Shown here: in pieces, positions 47,629-51,234 of the stretch
How the letters are laid out: every line of letters begins with the position of its first letter
Position numbering within the stretch: position 1 is the first letter of the stretch
Assembly: GCA_963830365.1 (NCBI GenBank)
Contig: CAWHMU010000038.1
Span: 1 to 51,234, forward strand
Source of the DNA: an uncultured Chlamydiae bacterium
Lineage (GTDB): Bacteria; Chlamydiota; Chlamydiia; Chlamydiales; Parachlamydiaceae
Direction: 5' to 3'
DNA: 51,234 nt
The notes under the pieces: model-generated
Databases searched by the model: none
Told to the model about the DNA's origin: nothing
The model's input: only the letters and a program-made list of their open reading frames with translations
Program-made: the position numbers and the translations under genes

Positions 47629-49138
47629 CAATGGTGTTAAGTTAGTACGTATATGGTTGATTATAAATCACTTGAAATAGAATGAAAATTCATGATATCT
47701 CATTAGGTTCGCAAAAACACTTAAGAGGAGATATCATGAAAAAGTCGGCTCGTATTATTGGATTTCTAAAAGCTAAAATCCACACAAAAGAATTCATCGT
47801 AGAGTGCAGGCTATCACCTAAAGCCTTTCTCAGATGTCGCTTATTGCCCTTCCCAATTATCTTTTTGTTTATTTTGAATCTCTTACGCAAGAGTATACCA
47901 AAAGAGCTAAATTCTTTCAGCAAAGATTTGAAGACAGGAAAAACTACTCGGTCTGCAGTGACTCAAGCAAGAGCCAAATTTTCTGCTCTAGCATTTATTA
48001 AATTGAATAATATTTTTATTGAGGAATTTTATAAAAATGATGATTACTTAACTTATCAAAATTTTATTCTTTTAGCTATAGATGGTTCAACCCTCCAACT
48101 ACCTAATTCACCCGAGGTGTTAGAAAAATATGGATGCATGACTAATAATACAGCCGAAGTAATGCCTGGAGCTCGAATTTCAATTTTATATGACGTTTTA
48201 AATAAGATTATCCTCCATGCATGTTTAAAGCCTTTTACATCATGCGAAAGAGAAATGGCTATCGAACATATCGAATCTCTTAAGGCTTTAAATGTAGATT
48301 TTAGCAGGTTTTTGGTGATTTTTGATCGAGGTTATCCATCAATAGCTTTGATGTATTACTTATCTAAAAACGGAATTAATTTTTTAATTAGGTCTGGGAC
48401 TGGATTCATAAAAGAAGTTAGCGAAGTTTTAAAGTCAGACAGAAAAGATCAAATAGTAACAATAACACCTAAAAGATTTAAAAGAATTCATAAATCAAAG
48501 TTGGAGTTAGATCGTTTAGGTTTAAAAGTGGAAATGGATATTGTTTTTCGAGTTGTGATAGTCGAATTAAAAACAGGAGAAAAAGAAATTCTCTTAACGT
48601 CTTTCTTATGTAAAAAAGCCTATCCCTATAGTATTTTTCAAAAACTATATTTTAAAAGATGGGGAATAGAAGAAAGTTATAAGTTTATCAAGGCAATAGA
48701 AATTGAAAATTTTAGTGGAAAATCTACACTATCGGTTGAGCAAGATTTTCATGCAACTATACTGACAGCTAATTCTCATGCCCTTTTAACGTTAGAAGCT
48801 GAAGAAGAGATGTCAGAAAGGTGGGGATCAGAAAAAAAATATAAAGCACCTTTAGATGAAAAAGATTTCTTCTCAACCCCTAGAAAATATGAATATTGCA
48901 TCAATAAAAAAGTTTCTTTAGAAGCCTTGAAAAATGAGTTTGTAGGGGTCTTATTAGATCCACATTCAGATGTGGAGTGGTTTTGTAAAAAAATAAAAAA
49001 AACAATGAAATACGATCTTATTCCTAAAAGACCTGGCAGAAGTTTCAAGCGCATTAGGAGATACACCCGTAGAAAGTATAATATGAATCAACGATGAGTG
49101 AGAAACTATATAAAAATAATGTTAACTTAATACCATTG
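47629..49138 (+). mobile_element. IS4-family IS, intact copy (1510 bp)
   Basis: TIR caatggt(g/a)ttaagtta; 10-bp TSD ggcgtaagcc (47619-47628 / 49139-49148). Confidence 0.93.
47736..49097 (+). CDS. IS4-family transposase
   Basis: LAIDGSTLQLP, FDRGYPS, LYFKRWGIEESY (YREK-like); GAGGAG RBS before 47736. Confidence 0.93.
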   Translation: MKKSARIIGFLKAKIHTKEFIVECRLSPKAFLRCRLLPFPIIFLFILNLLRKSIPKELNSFSKDLKTGKTTRSAVTQARAKFSALAFIKLNNIFIEEFYKNDDYLTYQNFILLAIDGSTLQLPNSPEVLEKYGCMTNNTAEVMPGARISILYDVLNKIILHACLKPFTSCEREMAIEHIESLKALNVDFSRFLVIFDRGYPSIALMYYLSKNGINFLIRSGTGFIKEVSEVLKSDRKDQIVTITPKRFKRIHKSKLELDRLGLKVEMDIVFRVVIVELKTGEKEILLTSFLCKKAYPYSIFQKLYFKRWGIEESYKFIKAIEIENFSGKSTLSVEQDFHATILTANSHALLTLEAEEEMSERWGSEKKYKAPLDEKDFFSTPRKYEYCINKKVSLEALKNEFVGVLLDPHSDVEWFCKKIKKTMKYDLIPKRPGRSFKRIRRYTRRKYNMNQR

Positions 49139-49260
49139 GGCGTAAGCCTGTGGTTGTGCCACCAAAGACGCCAAGCCGTGCTAACGGCGACAGCATCTCC
49201 ATGTAACTGTCGCCATTATCACGGTTCAATGTCATAATTCTTGTGCCACAGGCTTACGCC
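49139..49260. repeat. REP doublet interior between the two IS4 copies
   Basis: ggcgtaagcctgtgg / ccacaggcttacgcc inverted ends; inner ccgtg..ggcgacag / ctgtcgcc..cacgg pair; similar unit at 50770-50855. Confidence 0.8.
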
Positions 49261-50769
49261 CAATGGTGTTAAGTTAGTACGTATATGGTTGATTATAAAT
49301 CACTTGAAATAGAATGAAAATTCATGATATCTCATTAGGTTCGCAAAAACACTTAAGAGGAGATATCATGAAAAAGTCGGCTCGTATTATTGGATTTCTA
49401 AAAGCTAAAATCCACACAAAAGAATTCATCGTAGAGTGCAGGCTATCACCTAAAGCCTTTCTCAGATGTCGCTTATTGCCCTTCCCAATTATCTTTTTGT
49501 TTATTTTGAATCTCTTACGCAAGAGTATACCAAAAGAGCTAAATTCTTTCAGCAAAGATTTGAAGACAGGAAAAACTACTCGGTCTGCAGTGACTCAAGC
49601 AAGAGCCAAATTTTCTGCTCTAGCATTTATTAAATTGAATAATATTTTTATTGAGGAATTTTATAAAAATGATGATTACTTAACTTATCAAAATTTTATT
49701 CTTTTAGCTATAGATGGTTCAACCCTCCAACTACCTAATTCACCCGAGGTGTTAGAAAAATATGGATGCATGACTAATAATACAGCCGAAGTAATGCCTG
49801 GAGCTCGAATTTCAATTTTATATGACGTTTTAAATAAGATTATCCTCCATGCATGTTTAAAGCCTTTTACATCATGCGAAAGAGAAATGGCTATCGAACA
49901 TATCGAATCTCTTAAGGCTTTAAATGTAGATTTTAGCAGGTTTTTGGTGATTTTTGATCGAGGTTATCCATCAATAGCTTTGATGTATTACTTATCTAAA
50001 AACGGAATTAATTTTTTATTAGGTCTGGGACTGGATTCATAAAAGAAGTTAGCGAAGTTTTAAAGTCAGACAGAAAAGATCAAATAGTAACAATAACACC
50101 TAAAAGATTTAAAAGAATTCATAAATCAAAGTTGGAGTTAGATCGTTTAGGTTTAAAAGTGGAAATGGATATTGTTTTTCGAGTTGTGATAGTCGAATTA
50201 AAAACAGGAGAAAAAGAAATTCTCTTAACGTCTTTCTTATGTAAAAAAGCCTATCCCTATAGTATTTTTCAAAAACTATATTTTAAAAGATGGGGAATAG
50301 AAGAAAGTTATAAGTTTATCAAGGCAATAGAAATTGAAAATTTTAGTGGAAAATCTACACTATCGGTTGAGCAAGATTTTCATGCAACTATACTGACAGC
50401 TAATTCTCATGCCCTTTTAACGTTAGAAGCTGAAGAAGAGATGTCAGAAAGATGGGGATCAGAAAAAAAATATAAAGCACCTTTAGATGAAAAAGATTTC
50501 TTCTCAACCCCTAGAAAATATGAATATTGCATCAATAAAAAAGTTTCTTTAGAAGCCTTGAAAAATGAGTTTGTAGGGGTCTTATTAGATCCACATTCAG
50601 ATGTGGAGTGGTTTTGTAAAAAAATAAAAAAAACAATGAAATACGATCTTATTCCTAAAAGACCTGGCAGAAGTTTCAAGCGCATTAGGAGATACACCCG
50701 TAGAAAGTATAATATGAATCAACGATGAGTGAGAAACTATATAAAAATAATGTTAACTTAATACCATTG
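49261..50769 (+). mobile_element. IS4-family IS, second copy (1509 bp)
   Basis: Same TIRs; flanks ggcttacgcc / ggcgtacgcc (9/10 match). Confidence 0.93.
49368..50728 (+). pseudogene. Frameshifted IS4 transposase
   Basis: One A missing near 50018 (ttttttattagg vs ttttttaattagg) splits the ORF. Confidence 0.85.
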
Positions 50770-51038
50770 GGCGTACGCCTGTGGCTGTCCACAAAGACGC
50801 CAAGCCGTGAGATCGGCGACGGCATCTCCATGAAACTGTCGCCGATCTCACGGCTGTAAAGCTCGCACCTACATGCTTACCCCGACATAATCAAAATATA
50901 GCCATTTATATGCGTGTCTATGAATGCCAATTTCGATGGCATTGCTTTTCATCGCGCTAGGCAAAGTGCCGTTAATGGCGTAAAATTAACCGCAAAGACC
51001 TGCTAAAAGGCGTAAAATGCACATCCTGTAAAATAAAA

Positions 51039-51234
51039 GGTTCATCACACAAATGCGTACCTCCCCATATGTAAACTAATGAAGGGTGTTAAATTAATCA
51101 TACATAATGGCAAATTGCGCGTTCGATCCTGTGAAGGAAGGATTTGAGTTGGCACTGCCATATAAGAGATAGGGCACAAGCCATGAGAACATTTTTAAAG
51201 CCTCGATAGAGGCGGAAGCATGTAGCCACATGCG
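51039..51234. mobile_element. Third copy of the 539-bp type A MITE, cut by the window edge
   Basis: ggttcatcacacaaatgcgtacct followed by sequence matching 35958 onward. Confidence 0.9.

Overview
Chromosomal window from an environmental Chlamydiae-like bacterium (Parachlamydiales-type, inferred from gene content and order: folD-apbE, PPi-PFK, smpB-rlmH, PIN/TRAM-acpS-trxB, several Inc-like and effector-like ORFs). The intergenic DNA is densely occupied by mobile DNA. There are six IS copies with mappable ends: IS110, IS3, ISAs1, IS1634 and two IS4. A family of non-autonomous elements bounded by 24-bp GGTTCATC... inverted repeats makes 8-bp target duplications and carries several different REP-like palindromes as cargo. 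Main observations: (1) the IS110 splits a REP at a CT/AG core, and its 293-nt downstream end contains two parallel motifs matching its own target and donor junctions, a candidate bridge/seek RNA; (2) IS110, IS1634 and both IS4 copies all sit inside REP palindromes, which MITEs appear to spread; (3) an 852-aa effector-like protein carries a nucleotidyltransferase-like GS..SDxD motif. All calls come from reading the sequence; no database searches were run.
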